From Candidatus Poribacteria bacterium (lineage in GTDB: Bacteria > Poribacteria > WGA-4E > PCPOR2b): a stretch of DNA of 64,000 nt. Numbering within the stretch: position 1 is the first letter of the stretch; the number at the start of each line of letters is the position of its first letter. Shown here in pieces: positions 50,166 through 60,371 of the stretch. The stretch lies in assembly GCA_965208675.1 (NCBI GenBank), contig OZ242351.1, forward strand, positions 4,192,001-4,256,000, in the 5' to 3' direction. The position numbers and the translations under genes are program-made. Below the pieces are notes generated by a model. The model searched no databases. It saw nothing but the letters and a program-made list of their open reading frames with translations, and was not told the origin of the DNA.

Positions 50166-50372
50166 CTGTCTTTACCTCTTGAAAAAATATAGCTCACGTA
50201 GTTGAACAAAAAGGTGTTGTAATTTGATGCGTCATCACGAAAGCGGGTCAGGATATCCTGCGCACAATAGGTGTCGAGTCTGAACACGCGCTACAATCCG
50301 CTATGATTCGTGAAACTACATCCTCTTATGCATAAGCTTTGAAGGATAATGAGCAGCCAAAACCTTTCAAAC

Positions 50373-51323
50373 TCATAATTCGTTCACTGGAAAACGCGGC
50401 GCTCCACCTTTCAAGACTGTTACTACGTCGTTTACCGCCGTGTCGCACATCCGGTCAATAGCCTCTTCCGTTTTGTATGCTGTCCAAGGTGTGGAGATTA
50501 CGTTGTCCAGTTTTACAAGTGAATCACCTGGCGGACAAGGCGCAGGATCGTGGACATCTATTGCCGCGCCTGCAATCTGCTTTTCCTTTAGTGCATAAAT
50601 TAATGCGCTTTTATCCACTACGTCCGGCCTACTAGTGTTTACCAGATATGCGTCCTTTTTCATCAACTTCAGCCTTCGCTCGTCTATTAGTCCTTGCGTG
50701 TGCTCGTTGAGCGCGGTGTGCAGGGTAACAATGTCGGACTGAGCCATCAATTCATCCAGCGGGACGTATCGGATTTGCCAATTCTCTGCGAAAGCATGGT
50801 CATGATAAACATCAAACGCGAGAATGTTAGCGCCAAATCCTCTTGCTTTTTTAATGACTTCTTGCCCTATCGCACCAGCCCCGATAACGCCTACGGTCAT
50901 ACTTGACAGTTCTCTGCCTGCGAATTGCTTCCACTCTCCGTTTTTCATCTCCTGAGCCATAGCGGGAATGTTTCTTAATAGGCACAGGATGAGGCCGATA
51001 GTAAAATCGGAGACAGCATGGCTTCCTGCACCTGGAGTTGTGGTAACCCAGACGGCATTCTTTGTCGCAGCTCTTAAGTCGACTTGGTCATAGCCTGCCC
51101 CTGTCCGTGCGATTATCTTCAGTTTGTCAGCCGCCTTAAATACCTTATCCGTATAGCGTTCACTTCCAGCAATTACCGCGTCTATACCTCGTATTGTCCG
51201 GCAGAAATCATCTTCCGTTATGTCACTCAGGGAGTCGTCAATTATTTCACAGTCATTCTTCTCCAAGCAAGTTCTAGCATCGTTGGTCAAATAGTGCTGT
51301 GTATTGATTACGTTAAATGGCAT
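50373..51323 (-). CDS. D-isomer-specific 2-hydroxyacid dehydrogenase (SerA-like) with non-canonical catalytic motifs (start ATG 51323)
   Basis: IIARTGAGYDQVD, GVIGAGAIG, SDIVTLH, LVNTSR, GAAIDV; STPW where TPH is expected. Confidence 0.88.
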   Translation of the reverse strand: MPFNVINTQHYLTNDARTCLEKNDCEIIDDSLSDITEDDFCRTIRGIDAVIAGSERYTDKVFKAADKLKIIARTGAGYDQVDLRAATKNAVWVTTTPGAGSHAVSDFTIGLILCLLRNIPAMAQEMKNGEWKQFAGRELSSMTVGVIGAGAIGQEVIKKARGFGANILAFDVYHDHAFAENWQIRYVPLDELMAQSDIVTLHTALNEHTQGLIDERRLKLMKKDAYLVNTSRPDVVDKSALIYALKEKQIAGAAIDVHDPAPCPPGDSLVKLDNVISTPWTAYKTEEAIDRMCDTAVNDVVTVLKGGAPRFPVNEL

Positions 51324-51386
51324 CAGCTGAAACTCTTGATTTTCTTCTGTTGTTAGTATTGTTGCGGTTACGTGAATATAGCTCAC

Positions 51387-51415
51387 AGTATAGAGCATAA
51401 TGGACACCATGTCAA
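51387..51415 (-). promoter_or_regulatory. Sigma70 promoter for the dehydrogenase
   Basis: Minus strand TTGACA-N17-TATACT; supports the 51323 start. Confidence 0.65.
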
Positions 51416-51559
51416 TACAAATTTGGGTAATCAGATAAGATTTGAAAGTTTGGTAAAATTTGAAAATTGTAGTGTATAATAGATACTCTTTAAAACCCAA
51501 ACGGGTGAACAAAAACGGAGTAGGGAAATGTTCACTTCAATTCAATATGGAGGAAAGCG

Positions 51560-52324
51560 ATGACAGCCAGAAACGTGCTCATCACCGGCAAGAGCGGATT
51601 GATTGGAGGGGTAGTGTACGAGCACTTAAACTCGGTAGGCAAGTATGCATTGAGTGCGCTCAACCGCCGCGATGTGCCGGGAGTGAAATTATGGCGTGCA
51701 GATATCGCCGATTTAGACGCAATCCGGTCAGCTTTTGAAGGGGTGGATGTGGTGGTGCATCTAGCAGCGATGGCACAAGGGGATGCGGCATGGGAAGAGG
51801 TGCTTGAACCGAATATCATTGGAACCTACAACGTCTTCGAGGCGTCACGCCAAGCAGGTGTAAAACGCATCGTTTACGCTAGCAGCGGCTCAACCATAAA
51901 TCGGTGGGAATTGGATTATCCGTACAGCGCTTTAGCCCAGGGGCGTTACGATGAAGCTCCCGAAACGTGGAAGAAAATAACGCACAAGTCGCCGGTACGC
52001 CCGGATGGGCTTTATGGAGCAAGCAAGGTATGGGGGGAAGCATTAGCGCGGCATTTCTCGGACAATTGTGGTATTTCTACTGTCTGTGTTCGCATCGGCG
52101 CAGTTACGGCCGAAAACCGTCCGCGCCAGCCGCGCGAGTTTGCGGTCTGGTGCAGCCACCGCGACATCGCCCAGATGGTGGAGAAGTGTATTGAAGCGCC
52201 TGACAGCGTGCGGTTTGACATCTTTTATGCGGTGTCAAACAACAAATGGGGTTACCGCGATTTTTCACACGCTAGTGAGGTCATCGGCTATGAACCACAG
52301 GATTCTGCAGAATCGCATAGATAA
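51560..52324 (+). CDS. NAD-dependent epimerase/dehydratase (uronate dehydrogenase-like SDR)
   Basis: VLITGKSGLIG, VVHLAA, NIIGTYNVFEA, YASS, PDGLYGASK, VRIG, WCSHRD. Confidence 0.88.
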   Translation: MTARNVLITGKSGLIGGVVYEHLNSVGKYALSALNRRDVPGVKLWRADIADLDAIRSAFEGVDVVVHLAAMAQGDAAWEEVLEPNIIGTYNVFEASRQAGVKRIVYASSGSTINRWELDYPYSALAQGRYDEAPETWKKITHKSPVRPDGLYGASKVWGEALARHFSDNCGISTVCVRIGAVTAENRPRQPREFAVWCSHRDIAQMVEKCIEAPDSVRFDIFYAVSNNKWGYRDFSHASEVIGYEPQDSAESHR

Positions 52325-52467
52325 CCCCAAAGCATCATTCTTTTGCGGCGGCAGAAGGGCAATGGGCTGTGATTATGGCTATTGACATACTACGCACTGG
52401 TTAGGTGCGTCTTCGATTGGGCGAGGTACTTACGTGTATCCGCATCGGTTGAGCGCCTCCCCATTCC

Positions 52468-53472
52468 TCATATTAGTGCTTTGCCGTCCTTTATGCCGCA
52501 ACCTGCCATTAGCACGCGTTGAACGGCGAGGTCGTGCGCTAACGTGTAGTCAGGTTCCTTGATGCCTCGAATGCAGGCGGATAATTCGCGCAAGAGCGAC
52601 GGAAACTCCTTCGGCGGTTTGATAGAGAGTTGCTGCCACCCTGCCTGGTAATCCTCAAAGGGTTTTTCTAAACATAGACTCAGATTGGCTGATCCAATCC
52701 GTTCGTGGATGGCGGTGCCTTCTGTTCCGTAGACCTCGATTCGCCGCGTCCGATCCATCCCTACATGCATGGCTGCGGTGTCAATTGTTCCAAGGCCGTT
52801 CTCGAACTCATGTACCACGACGGCGTTGTCCACGTGAATTGGATTATCGCCGTAGTGTTTTCCCAGAACAGGATGGATATACTTCGGTTCTCCCATCGCT
52901 GCGACCATCAAATCCACGAGATGACCCGCCATCTCGAAATAGACAGCAGCGCGGTACATTCCGAATTCCGAATCCAACTCTGGATGCCACGACTTGGGCT
53001 TGGGTATATGGCCGCGATAGTAAAAAATATCCCCCAATGCGCCAGATTTGACCAACCGGATGATTTCATGGATGGCTGGATTGTAGCGCCACATATACGC
53101 CATCTGAAGCATCAATCCCTTGCACGCCGCGATTTTTTGAACACGTGTTAGGTGCTCCAAGTCCACGCCCGCCGGCTTTTCTAACAACACATGTTTGCCC
53201 GCTTCCAATGCGCGTTCCGCATAATCTAAATTCTGGTAAACATGCCCTTCAACAACCACGGCTTCGGCATCGCTATCCAAAACGGCTTGGAGGGAGGGAA
53301 AAACCGGGATAGCGGGTAGTAATTCAGACCACTCGTTCCTTTTTTGAAGGACGTCTTCATCAGGCTCGAACATCCCGATTAGCTGAAACTCGTTAGGGCG
53401 TTGAGCTGCCTCGCGCACGTGCATTACGGCGTGACTGTGCCAGACTCCCAAGAAGGCGAATTTTAGCGGCAT
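52468..53472 (-). CDS. Gfo/Idh/MocA family oxidoreductase
   Basis: ALEAGKHVLLEKP, YMWRYNP, EMAGHLVD, IEVYGTEG. Confidence 0.9.
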   Translation of the reverse strand: MPLKFAFLGVWHSHAVMHVREAAQRPNEFQLIGMFEPDEDVLQKRNEWSELLPAIPVFPSLQAVLDSDAEAVVVEGHVYQNLDYAERALEAGKHVLLEKPAGVDLEHLTRVQKIAACKGLMLQMAYMWRYNPAIHEIIRLVKSGALGDIFYYRGHIPKPKSWHPELDSEFGMYRAAVYFEMAGHLVDLMVAAMGEPKYIHPVLGKHYGDNPIHVDNAVVVHEFENGLGTIDTAAMHVGMDRTRRIEVYGTEGTAIHERIGSANLSLCLEKPFEDYQAGWQQLSIKPPKEFPSLLRELSACIRGIKEPDYTLAHDLAVQRVLMAGCGIKDGKALI

Positions 53473-53513
53473 CCTTGCCTCGATATTTTGGAATAGAAGT
53501 TAAGTGAGAATCT

Positions 53514-54512
53514 TTATTGCGGTGATGACCCGATTATGGACAAGATTTCAGATTTCGTCAGGCTGCGTACGTTGAATTTGAGCTTTTCAAAGAACGGTGT
53601 AAGATTTTCGCCGGACACTTGGCTTAAAAAATAAACGAGAACACTGGTGCTCATGCGTTCGAGCGTTTTTTCGTGGAATTTTTCCTGTTCAAACAATCGG
53701 AAAACCTTCGCGTAAAAATCTTCACCGAAGCGAGATTTCAGATTAGAAACGACCGAATAAGAGTAGTCATATCTCCATTTTGTAAGCGCAGGTACGCTAA
53801 TTGTACCGGAGTTCCAGTTTTGGACCATGTTTACGCCGTCCGCGTTCACCCTAATGTCATTTTCAATGTCGATGTTTCTAAAATACCCCTGTTTAACATA
53901 TTCCACTTCGACCAACACAGACAGTCCTTCCGCGAACCACGAAGGAATGTTATATATTTCGGTAAAGGCGTGGGTTAATTCGTGCGCTTGTGTTCCTTTT
54001 TGTTGCATCATGTTAAGCGGAAAGTGTATGCGAGCGCTAGTGACCTGTTTAATCAGTTCTCCGCCGTCAAGCATAATCTGGGCGCCTGAGGAAGTTACCG
54101 CCGCATGCGTGCGCCCTTGAGAGGGCGGATGAAGCACCACTGCAATCCGGTAGTGTGGTTCAAATTTCAAAATGTCGTAAACGAAATTGTAGAGACTCTC
54201 CAGAGACACCAAAATCCCACGCCCTGTATCCTGCCGTTCTTGGGCTTCATCGAAATCCTCATGCTGCAGCAGCGTTTCGTCAAAAGTCAATGTGAAGTGT
54301 TCGCTATTTACCGTTAGCCCATCGGGGGTTGCGTTAAATTCGGAAGTAGGCCGTTCATACAACACGTGCCGTTCTTTTCGTTCATTCTTGACACGCTCTT
54401 GTCTTCGCTGTTGCGCTTCGTTTAAGGTGGCGCAACCTGTACAGAAGAGCACAGCCAGGAGCACAATCAACGCGTAGCCGATGCTGCTGCGAGATTGGCT
54501 GTGGTATTTCAT
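53514..54512 (-). CDS. Lipoprotein with gluzincin-type metallopeptidase motif (peptidase MA-like)
   Basis: Lipobox FCTGC; AHELTH...PSWFAEGLS. Confidence 0.75.
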   Translation of the reverse strand: MKYHSQSRSSIGYALIVLLAVLFCTGCATLNEAQQRRQERVKNERKERHVLYERPTSEFNATPDGLTVNSEHFTLTFDETLLQHEDFDEAQERQDTGRGILVSLESLYNFVYDILKFEPHYRIAVVLHPPSQGRTHAAVTSSGAQIMLDGGELIKQVTSARIHFPLNMMQQKGTQAHELTHAFTEIYNIPSWFAEGLSVLVEVEYVKQGYFRNIDIENDIRVNADGVNMVQNWNSGTISVPALTKWRYDYSYSVVSNLKSRFGEDFYAKVFRLFEQEKFHEKTLERMSTSVLVYFLSQVSGENLTPFFEKLKFNVRSLTKSEILSIIGSSPQ

Positions 54513-54546
54513 CGGTAGTCCTCCTTAGCGCAAATAATGTCAGGCA

Positions 54547-55314
54547 TCAAAGCGGCGTGTCGTAGCATGTATCCTTTAGGAAAGCCAACATCCGCATGCG
54601 TTTCGGTGTCGCGTCTTCAAAGAGTTCAGGCGTGTAATAACCTCCGTCTTTGTGGTAGAGCCATTTTATATGCGCTTCTTCCTCTGGCGACCTGGGTTTC
54701 TGGAGGTAGTTGATGTAGATTGCTCGCCGCCCTACGGCTTCGCCAAAGGCGGCATGATAAAGTTTTACATTGAAAATTACGGCGTCGCCCGGATTGGACA
54801 CGATTGAATATGTGCCGGGAACATCCCTTCCTAACGGCAGTATGTTTCCGCCGTATCGTTCCATCCGCTGCCGGTAAGGCAAAAGGTGGCTTCCCGGTAA
54901 CACCGAGAGACATCCGGTGTCTGCGCTGACTGCGTCTAAGTAGAGCACAACTTTCAGGTGGATATGGTCCCCGGGCGATACATCGTCATGATGCCACCAA
55001 GTGTTGCCGAACCGATACGCGCCTTCGGATGTGCTAAATACGAAGTGCTTGCCAAGCAAATCCTCGACCACCTCACAGACCGCGTCACTGTCAAGCAAAC
55101 GGTGATAGACCGCCGGATTATACTCAAAGAACCGCATCACGGCTATTGTCTTCTTTATGTCCTCGTATGTTCCCGCCAACCTTGCACCCGCGGCTATCCG
55201 AAACGTCTCATCAAAGGCATTGATGTAAGTCCGTATCTCATTCGGCGGGATGAAGTTCTTCAGAAAAATAAATCCCAAGGTTTCAAACTGGTGTATTTGC
55301 TTTTCTGTAAGCAT
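54547..55314 (-). CDS. Phytanoyl-CoA dioxygenase (PhyH) family Fe(II)/2-oxoglutarate dioxygenase
   Basis: LTEKQIHQFETLGF, WHHD, YLD...DTGCL.VLPGSH, PGDAVIFN..LYHAA, RR. Confidence 0.9.
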   Translation of the reverse strand: MLTEKQIHQFETLGFIFLKNFIPPNEIRTYINAFDETFRIAAGARLAGTYEDIKKTIAVMRFFEYNPAVYHRLLDSDAVCEVVEDLLGKHFVFSTSEGAYRFGNTWWHHDDVSPGDHIHLKVVLYLDAVSADTGCLSVLPGSHLLPYRQRMERYGGNILPLGRDVPGTYSIVSNPGDAVIFNVKLYHAAFGEAVGRRAIYINYLQKPRSPEEEAHIKWLYHKDGGYYTPELFEDATPKRMRMLAFLKDTCYDTPL

Positions 55315-55492
55315 TTTTCCAAACCTATTAGCCGTGAACTAAAATGTACCGAACGACGGTTGGAATAATCTTATCACGAATTGGGTTTAATTGCAACGCG
55401 ATATGCGCTGCCGGCTTTTCGTGCTTGCAAGCCGCCGAAAATTTTGATAGTATACTTTAACCTGAACATCGACAATGAAATGGGGAGGAATC

Positions 55493-56764
55493 ATGAAACT
55501 ACCGAGAATGGTTCGAGTGAAACAACGATTTGAATCGCCAGTGGTCGACAATCTTCCGGAAGCTATTTCCGACGAATTGGATCGTATTGATGCCGGGGCA
55601 ATTGTGGGTAAGGGCAGCAGTGTTGCCGTGACGGCGGGGAGCCGCGGCGTTGCAGACATCGGCGTAATAATCAAGGCGGCGGTAGATTACCTCAAACGGA
55701 TTGGCGCAAAGCCGTTTATCGTGCCGGCGATGGGCAGTCACGGTGGCGCCACCGCGGCGGGACAACGCGAAGTGTTGGCGCATTACGGCATAACGGATGA
55801 GAGTATGGGCGTCCCCATCAAGGCTACGATGGAGGTGGTGGAAATCGGTCAGACAGCGGACAAGTTGCCGGTGTTTTTAGATCGATATGCCGCTGAAGCC
55901 GATCATATCCTTCCCCTCAATCGAATTAAAGCCCATACTGACTTCAGCGGTTCTATTGAAAGCGGTCTAATGAAAATAATGGCGATCGGACTGGGCAAAC
56001 AGAAGGGAGCGAATACATATCATCGCGCATCGATCCAGCACGGTTTCGAACATGTAATTACATCGGTGGGAAGCTTAGTATTAGGCACCGGAAAAGTCGC
56101 GTTTGGAATTGGGATTATTGAAAACGCTTACGAGGAGACAGCGAAAGTTGCCGCGTTGCGATCTAATGAACTGGTGTCTGGAGAGCGCGAACTTCTGATA
56201 GAGTCCAAAGCGCTTATGGGGCGGCTTCCTTTTGACACGCTGGATTTCCTCATTGTGGACTACATGGGGAAAAATATCAGCGGGACAGGTATGGACACAA
56301 ACATCATTGGCAGGCGGCTGCAAACTTTAGGGGTTGAACCTGAGAAACCCAAGATTATACGAATCTTCGTCCGAGATGTAACAGATGCCAGCGACGGCAA
56401 TGCGACGGGAATTGGATTGGCAGATTTTACGACAACACGCCTTGTGGATAAGATTGACAGGCACGCGACGTACATGAATGGAATTACCGGTTTAGGGCCC
56501 CAGAAATCGCGAATTCCATTTCACTACGACAACGATCGTGAAGCGATTGAGATAGCGTTACAGACGATTGGATTAACTCCGCCGGAACTGGCGAGTGTTA
56601 TTCGCATTGAGAACACACTGAAATTGACGGAAGTAGATATCTCTGAATCGCTGCTTGAAGCGGCAAAACTGCGCAGCGATTTGGATGTCATCGGCAAGTT
56701 GAGTTCGCTTGAATTTGACTCTTCGGGCAATCTGTTGCCGTTCTCAATCTATAGATTTGCATAA
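55493..56764 (+). CDS. LarA-like (DUF2088/DUF362) lactate racemase domain protein (start ATG 55493)
   Basis: AVTAGSRG, PAMGSHGGAT, NRIKAHTDF, ESGLMK..AIGLGK, GKNISGTGMD.N, GNA.GIG.AD; GGAGG RBS; TTGCAA-N17-TAGTAT at 55425-55453. Confidence 0.8.
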   Translation: MKLPRMVRVKQRFESPVVDNLPEAISDELDRIDAGAIVGKGSSVAVTAGSRGVADIGVIIKAAVDYLKRIGAKPFIVPAMGSHGGATAAGQREVLAHYGITDESMGVPIKATMEVVEIGQTADKLPVFLDRYAAEADHILPLNRIKAHTDFSGSIESGLMKIMAIGLGKQKGANTYHRASIQHGFEHVITSVGSLVLGTGKVAFGIGIIENAYEETAKVAALRSNELVSGERELLIESKALMGRLPFDTLDFLIVDYMGKNISGTGMDTNIIGRRLQTLGVEPEKPKIIRIFVRDVTDASDGNATGIGLADFTTTRLVDKIDRHATYMNGITGLGPQKSRIPFHYDNDREAIEIALQTIGLTPPELASVIRIENTLKLTEVDISESLLEAAKLRSDLDVIGKLSSLEFDSSGNLLPFSIYRFA

Positions 56765-56860
56765 ACGGCGCCTAACGTATTTGTTGGCTAATAGAAGCGT
56801 TGACCGCGTGATTGCCGCTGTAATGGCTACAATTTAGAATCAGATTAAGGGATTTTAGAC

Positions 56861-57283
56861 ATGGAAGGACGTTCAACGGGCATTCTTCGCCGGGTTTTTC
56901 GCAATCCATTCATCGGGGGCTTGCTTGCAGCCGCTCTCGTGTTGATGCTCCTCCTCTTTTTATCGCAATGGTACTTGATTACCGAACTGTTGGATTTGAC
57001 CTTAGACCTTGTGGAGAAGGAACTGATACGGCAGGCGCCTGAAGGTGTGGAGGCATCGGAAATTTCAAGCACTTTTGAAAATGTGAGAGAAGCGCTAATG
57101 AAAATGCCGATGAGCTACATTTCAGGTAAGATAAGCCTGAGAAAGGTTAACGCAGCTGCGAATTACGCGAAAAGTGCTAACAAGGATGGCGAATGGACTT
57201 CAGAGGAGGTCAACACGATGTTAATCATGATGAATGCGGCTGTGGGTTTCAAACGCGCGCGGGGAAAATTAGCGGATGGTTGA
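56861..57283 (+). CDS. Hypothetical single-pass membrane protein
   Basis: 140-aa ORF with one hydrophobic segment; overlaps the next gene by 8 bp. Confidence 0.65.
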   Translation: MEGRSTGILRRVFRNPFIGGLLAAALVLMLLLFLSQWYLITELLDLTLDLVEKELIRQAPEGVEASEISSTFENVREALMKMPMSYISGKISLRKVNAAANYAKSANKDGEWTSEEVNTMLIMMNAAVGFKRARGKLADG

Positions 57284-58037
57284 GCTGACAAATCCCTATG
57301 AAAAGTTTGCCTACGCCTACGATCGCATGATGAGCAACGTGGATTACGTGCGTTGGGCAAATTATATCCAGAATCTCTTCCGGCATTACAAATTTCGCCC
57401 GCGAAAAATTTTGGATTTAGCGTGTGGAACGGCGGCTTTGACGGTATTGATGGCGGAGCAAGGATATGAAGTTTGGGGGTTGGATCGTGCGGAAGGGATG
57501 CTGACAGTTGCACGTCAGAAAGCGAAGGATCGCGGCTTGAGTATTCAGTTTTACCAAGGTGATATGTGTAACTTCAAGCTGCACCAACAGTTTGATGCGA
57601 TTGTTTGCATATACGATAGCGTTAATTATGCAATCAATGAAAGCGAATTAACCAATGTATTTCGCTCCGTGTTTAGGCATCTCGCTCCATCGGGGCTGTT
57701 CATTTTCGATGTGACAACCGAACACAATATCGTGCGGCATTTTCATGCACAAACCTTTGCAGAGAACAACGATGACTATGCCTATATCTGGAAGAATCTC
57801 TACTCGTACCGGGATAATATCTGTCGCACTTCATTAACCTTTTTCCTGCGAGAAGGGGAAAGTTTTCGCCGATATGAAGAGGTGCATCTCCAAAAAATCT
57901 TCGGGGTCAACACGGTTAAAAAACTGCTGCACCAGAACGGGTACAAGATGCTCAGCGCGTACGACATGTATACGTTTAATCGCTGGAACCGGCATTCTGA
58001 TCGAATCAATTTCACTGCATGTAAAGAAGCGGGTTAG
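57276..58037 (+). CDS. Class I SAM-dependent methyltransferase
   Basis: YEKFAYAYD, ILDLACGT, GLD....ML, QGDM, FDAIVC.YDSVNY, L.PSGLFIFD. Confidence 0.92.
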   Translation: MVELTNPYEKFAYAYDRMMSNVDYVRWANYIQNLFRHYKFRPRKILDLACGTAALTVLMAEQGYEVWGLDRAEGMLTVARQKAKDRGLSIQFYQGDMCNFKLHQQFDAIVCIYDSVNYAINESELTNVFRSVFRHLAPSGLFIFDVTTEHNIVRHFHAQTFAENNDDYAYIWKNLYSYRDNICRTSLTFFLREGESFRRYEEVHLQKIFGVNTVKKLLHQNGYKMLSAYDMYTFNRWNRHSDRINFTACKEAG

Positions 58038-58091
58038 CCAGGGTACATGATTGTTCTAGCCGCAATGCGTGCTGTTTAGCGGTCACAAGAC

Positions 58092-59573
58092 TTACGATAA
58101 CCCCGTTATTGCAAGAAACCTACCAAAAGCCTCATCCCAACGCGTCGAATCTTTCGGTTCGTAGACAGCGGCCTCAAACGACCGGCGGATAATCTCGCGC
58201 GCATCAGCAATCGAAATTATTGCACCGCTAGCGACTGCTTGTACCATGATGTTGCCAATCGCGGTTGCTTCGATTGGCCCCGCAACTACCGGCGTCGCCG
58301 TGGCATCTGCAGTGAATTGGCAGAGCGCCTTATTCTGTGTCCCGCCGCCCACGATGTGTAGGACGTTAATGGGTTTGCCAGTAACGGATTCGAGTTTTTC
58401 CAAAACCCACCGGTATTTGAGGGCAAGGCTTTCCAACGCACAGCGGATGATTTGTCCCTTGTCCAATGGGATAGTTTGCCCGCTCCGTTTGCAATAGTCC
58501 ACGATGCGTGACGGCATATCGCCGGCGGGCAGAAAACTGCTGTCGTCCGGGTCAATTAGCGCGGCGAAAGGCTCTGCGCTCACAGCGAGCTGGGTAACCT
58601 GATGGTAGGACATTTCATCTCCCGCTTGTGCCCAAGTTCGCCGACACTCCTGTACCAGCCATAAACCCATGATGTTTTTGAGGAAACGGAAGGTGTTTTC
58701 AATTCCGCCCTCATTTGTGAAGTTGAGTTCAAGTGCTTGATCGGTAATAATCGGGTTTGGAACCTCTATTCCCATCAATGACCATGTGCCGGAGCTGATA
58801 TATGCCCAGTCTTCTCCCCGTGCAGGTACGGCTGCCACAGCCGAACCAGTATCGTGGCATGCGGGCGCAATAACGGGGATTTTGGGAAGTCCGACCTCGC
58901 TAGCAACATTCGGCAGAAGTGCGCCAAAATGTGTGCCTGGGGGCACAATCTCGGGGAATATTTCGGTTGGCAAGCCGAGTGCGCCGAGAATCTCCTTCGA
59001 CCAGCCGTATTGACGCGGATCGTAAAACTGTGTCGTTGTTGCATCAGTGAATTCGCACGCTTTTCGCCCTGTCAACCAAAAGTTGAAAATATCCGGCATC
59101 ATCAAAAACGTGTCTGCAGCATCAAGCAGCCGTGATTTTCGTAACGCCATCGACAGCAACTGATAGAGCGTATTAATCTGAAGGAATTGTGCTCCGCTAC
59201 GCTTGAAGATTTCCTCGCGCGGCACGCGGCGAAAGGCTTCGTCCAGCATACCATCTGTGCGCGAGTCCCGGTAATGATAGGGGTACCCAAGCAACGCATC
59301 ATCTCTACCAAGCAGTGCAAAATCGACTCCCCATGTGTCCACACCAAGGCTGGTGAGATTTACACGATCGCGCGCGCATATAGAAAGGGCGCGTTTGATT
59401 TCGCTCCAGAGCTGTAAGACATCCCAGTGCAGGCTATCCATCACACGAACCCCGCCGTTGGGGAAACGGTGTATTTCCTCCAATTGAAGCAAATTGCCGT
59501 CGAACTTCCCTAACACGCCGCGTCCGCTTTCAGCGCCGAGATCTATTGCCAAGTATCGTTGCGTTTCGTGCAT
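58092..59573 (-). CDS. rhaB: Rhamnulokinase (FGGY family)
   Basis: LAIDLGAESGR, EIHRFPN, DTWGVDF, YRDSRT, INTLYQL, HDTGSAV, SSGTWSL.G.E, FTNEGG, NIMGLW, GP.EATAIGN. Confidence 0.9.
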   Translation of the reverse strand: MHETQRYLAIDLGAESGRGVLGKFDGNLLQLEEIHRFPNGGVRVMDSLHWDVLQLWSEIKRALSICARDRVNLTSLGVDTWGVDFALLGRDDALLGYPYHYRDSRTDGMLDEAFRRVPREEIFKRSGAQFLQINTLYQLLSMALRKSRLLDAADTFLMMPDIFNFWLTGRKACEFTDATTTQFYDPRQYGWSKEILGALGLPTEIFPEIVPPGTHFGALLPNVASEVGLPKIPVIAPACHDTGSAVAAVPARGEDWAYISSGTWSLMGIEVPNPIITDQALELNFTNEGGIENTFRFLKNIMGLWLVQECRRTWAQAGDEMSYHQVTQLAVSAEPFAALIDPDDSSFLPAGDMPSRIVDYCKRSGQTIPLDKGQIIRCALESLALKYRWVLEKLESVTGKPINVLHIVGGGTQNKALCQFTADATATPVVAGPIEATAIGNIMVQAVASGAIISIADAREIIRRSFEAAVYEPKDSTRWDEAFGRFLAITGLS

Positions 59574-59774
59574 GCCAAGTGTCCTCTGTGACTAATGGAC
59601 ATTCTCAATCTCCTAGACTCTCGTTAGACTAAGTGACTTACGCGGTTAAACGATGCGGTGTTGTGATTGGATGCTTCGTCAGGGATTCGGGGCAAGACGC
59701 CCCGCCTTCGGCGGGTGTAGAGCGTGAACATGCTCGTCAGGTCATTGAGTTACACACCGGGATAGCACAAGTCT

Positions 59775-59921
59775 TTACCTACCCCCAATGTTTAGACAGT
59801 TATGCTTGTTGATTAAGGTGTAAATGCTAGGCAATCCGGCTATGCTTTACACCTAGGATTTTTGAAAATACCCCTCGTGAGGTGTTTTCTTATTGAGCGA
59901 CGTATGAAGCCGCTCCTCATT
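59775..59921 (-). mobile_element. IS3-family remnant: transposase C-terminal fragment plus degenerate terminal inverted repeat
   Basis: Minus strand 59921-59853 encodes NEERLHTSLNKKTPHEGYF (compare YN..R.H.SL...TP). TTACCTACCCCCAATGTTTAGACA at 59775 resembles IS3-type ends. Confidence 0.6.
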
Positions 59922-60045
59922 ACGAATCCAGTCGTGGCATAGGTTTTCATGGTTACACTGTCGGCGGCCCAACGTCCCGAACAGTGACCCTATATGATCG
60001 CCTACAGACGAATAAATGTCAAGGAAAAAGTTTCAGGAAGGCAAC

Positions 60046-60072
60046 AAAAAAAGCCCCTGCAAAAGTAGGGGC
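60046..60072 (-). terminator. Rho-independent terminator for the small ORF at 60095-60286
   Basis: Minus strand GCCCCTAC-TTTT-GCAGGGGC followed by T7. Confidence 0.75.
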
Positions 60073-60094
60073 GGCAGGCTTAGGGATGGACGAT

Positions 60095-60286
60095 TTAATT
60101 ATGAAGATTTCGGTCTTTTATGTGCTCAATGAGCAATTTTTCAAGCGAATCCACTTTGTGCCAGAGCTTGTCGTGTTCGCGTTGCATTTGATTGCGGAGT
60201 GCATTGGTTGTCCAGAAGATTACGCCAATGATGACTGCTGGCGGCAACAAAGTTAATGATAGTAAGGTTGTGAGTGTTGTTTCCAT
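60095..60286 (-). CDS. 63-aa small protein with one TM segment and a coiled-coil-like tail
   Basis: AAGGAGAG RBS, ATG 60286, upstream TTGTTA-N17-TATACT (60309-60337), downstream terminator. Confidence 0.65.
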   Translation of the reverse strand: METTLTTLLSLTLLPPAVIIGVIFWTTNALRNQMQREHDKLWHKVDSLEKLLIEHIKDRNLHN

Positions 60287-60371
60287 AATATACTCTCCTT
60301 TCACGGAAAGTATATCACAAGTCACATCTAATAACAAGAGAGATGACCCCAAACAAAAGGGACAGTATAAA

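Noticed and set aside
51324-51512. 63-aa N-terminal extension of the dehydrogenase in the ORF track
   Set aside because: AT-rich, contains the predicted promoter, and family similarity starts at Met 51323.
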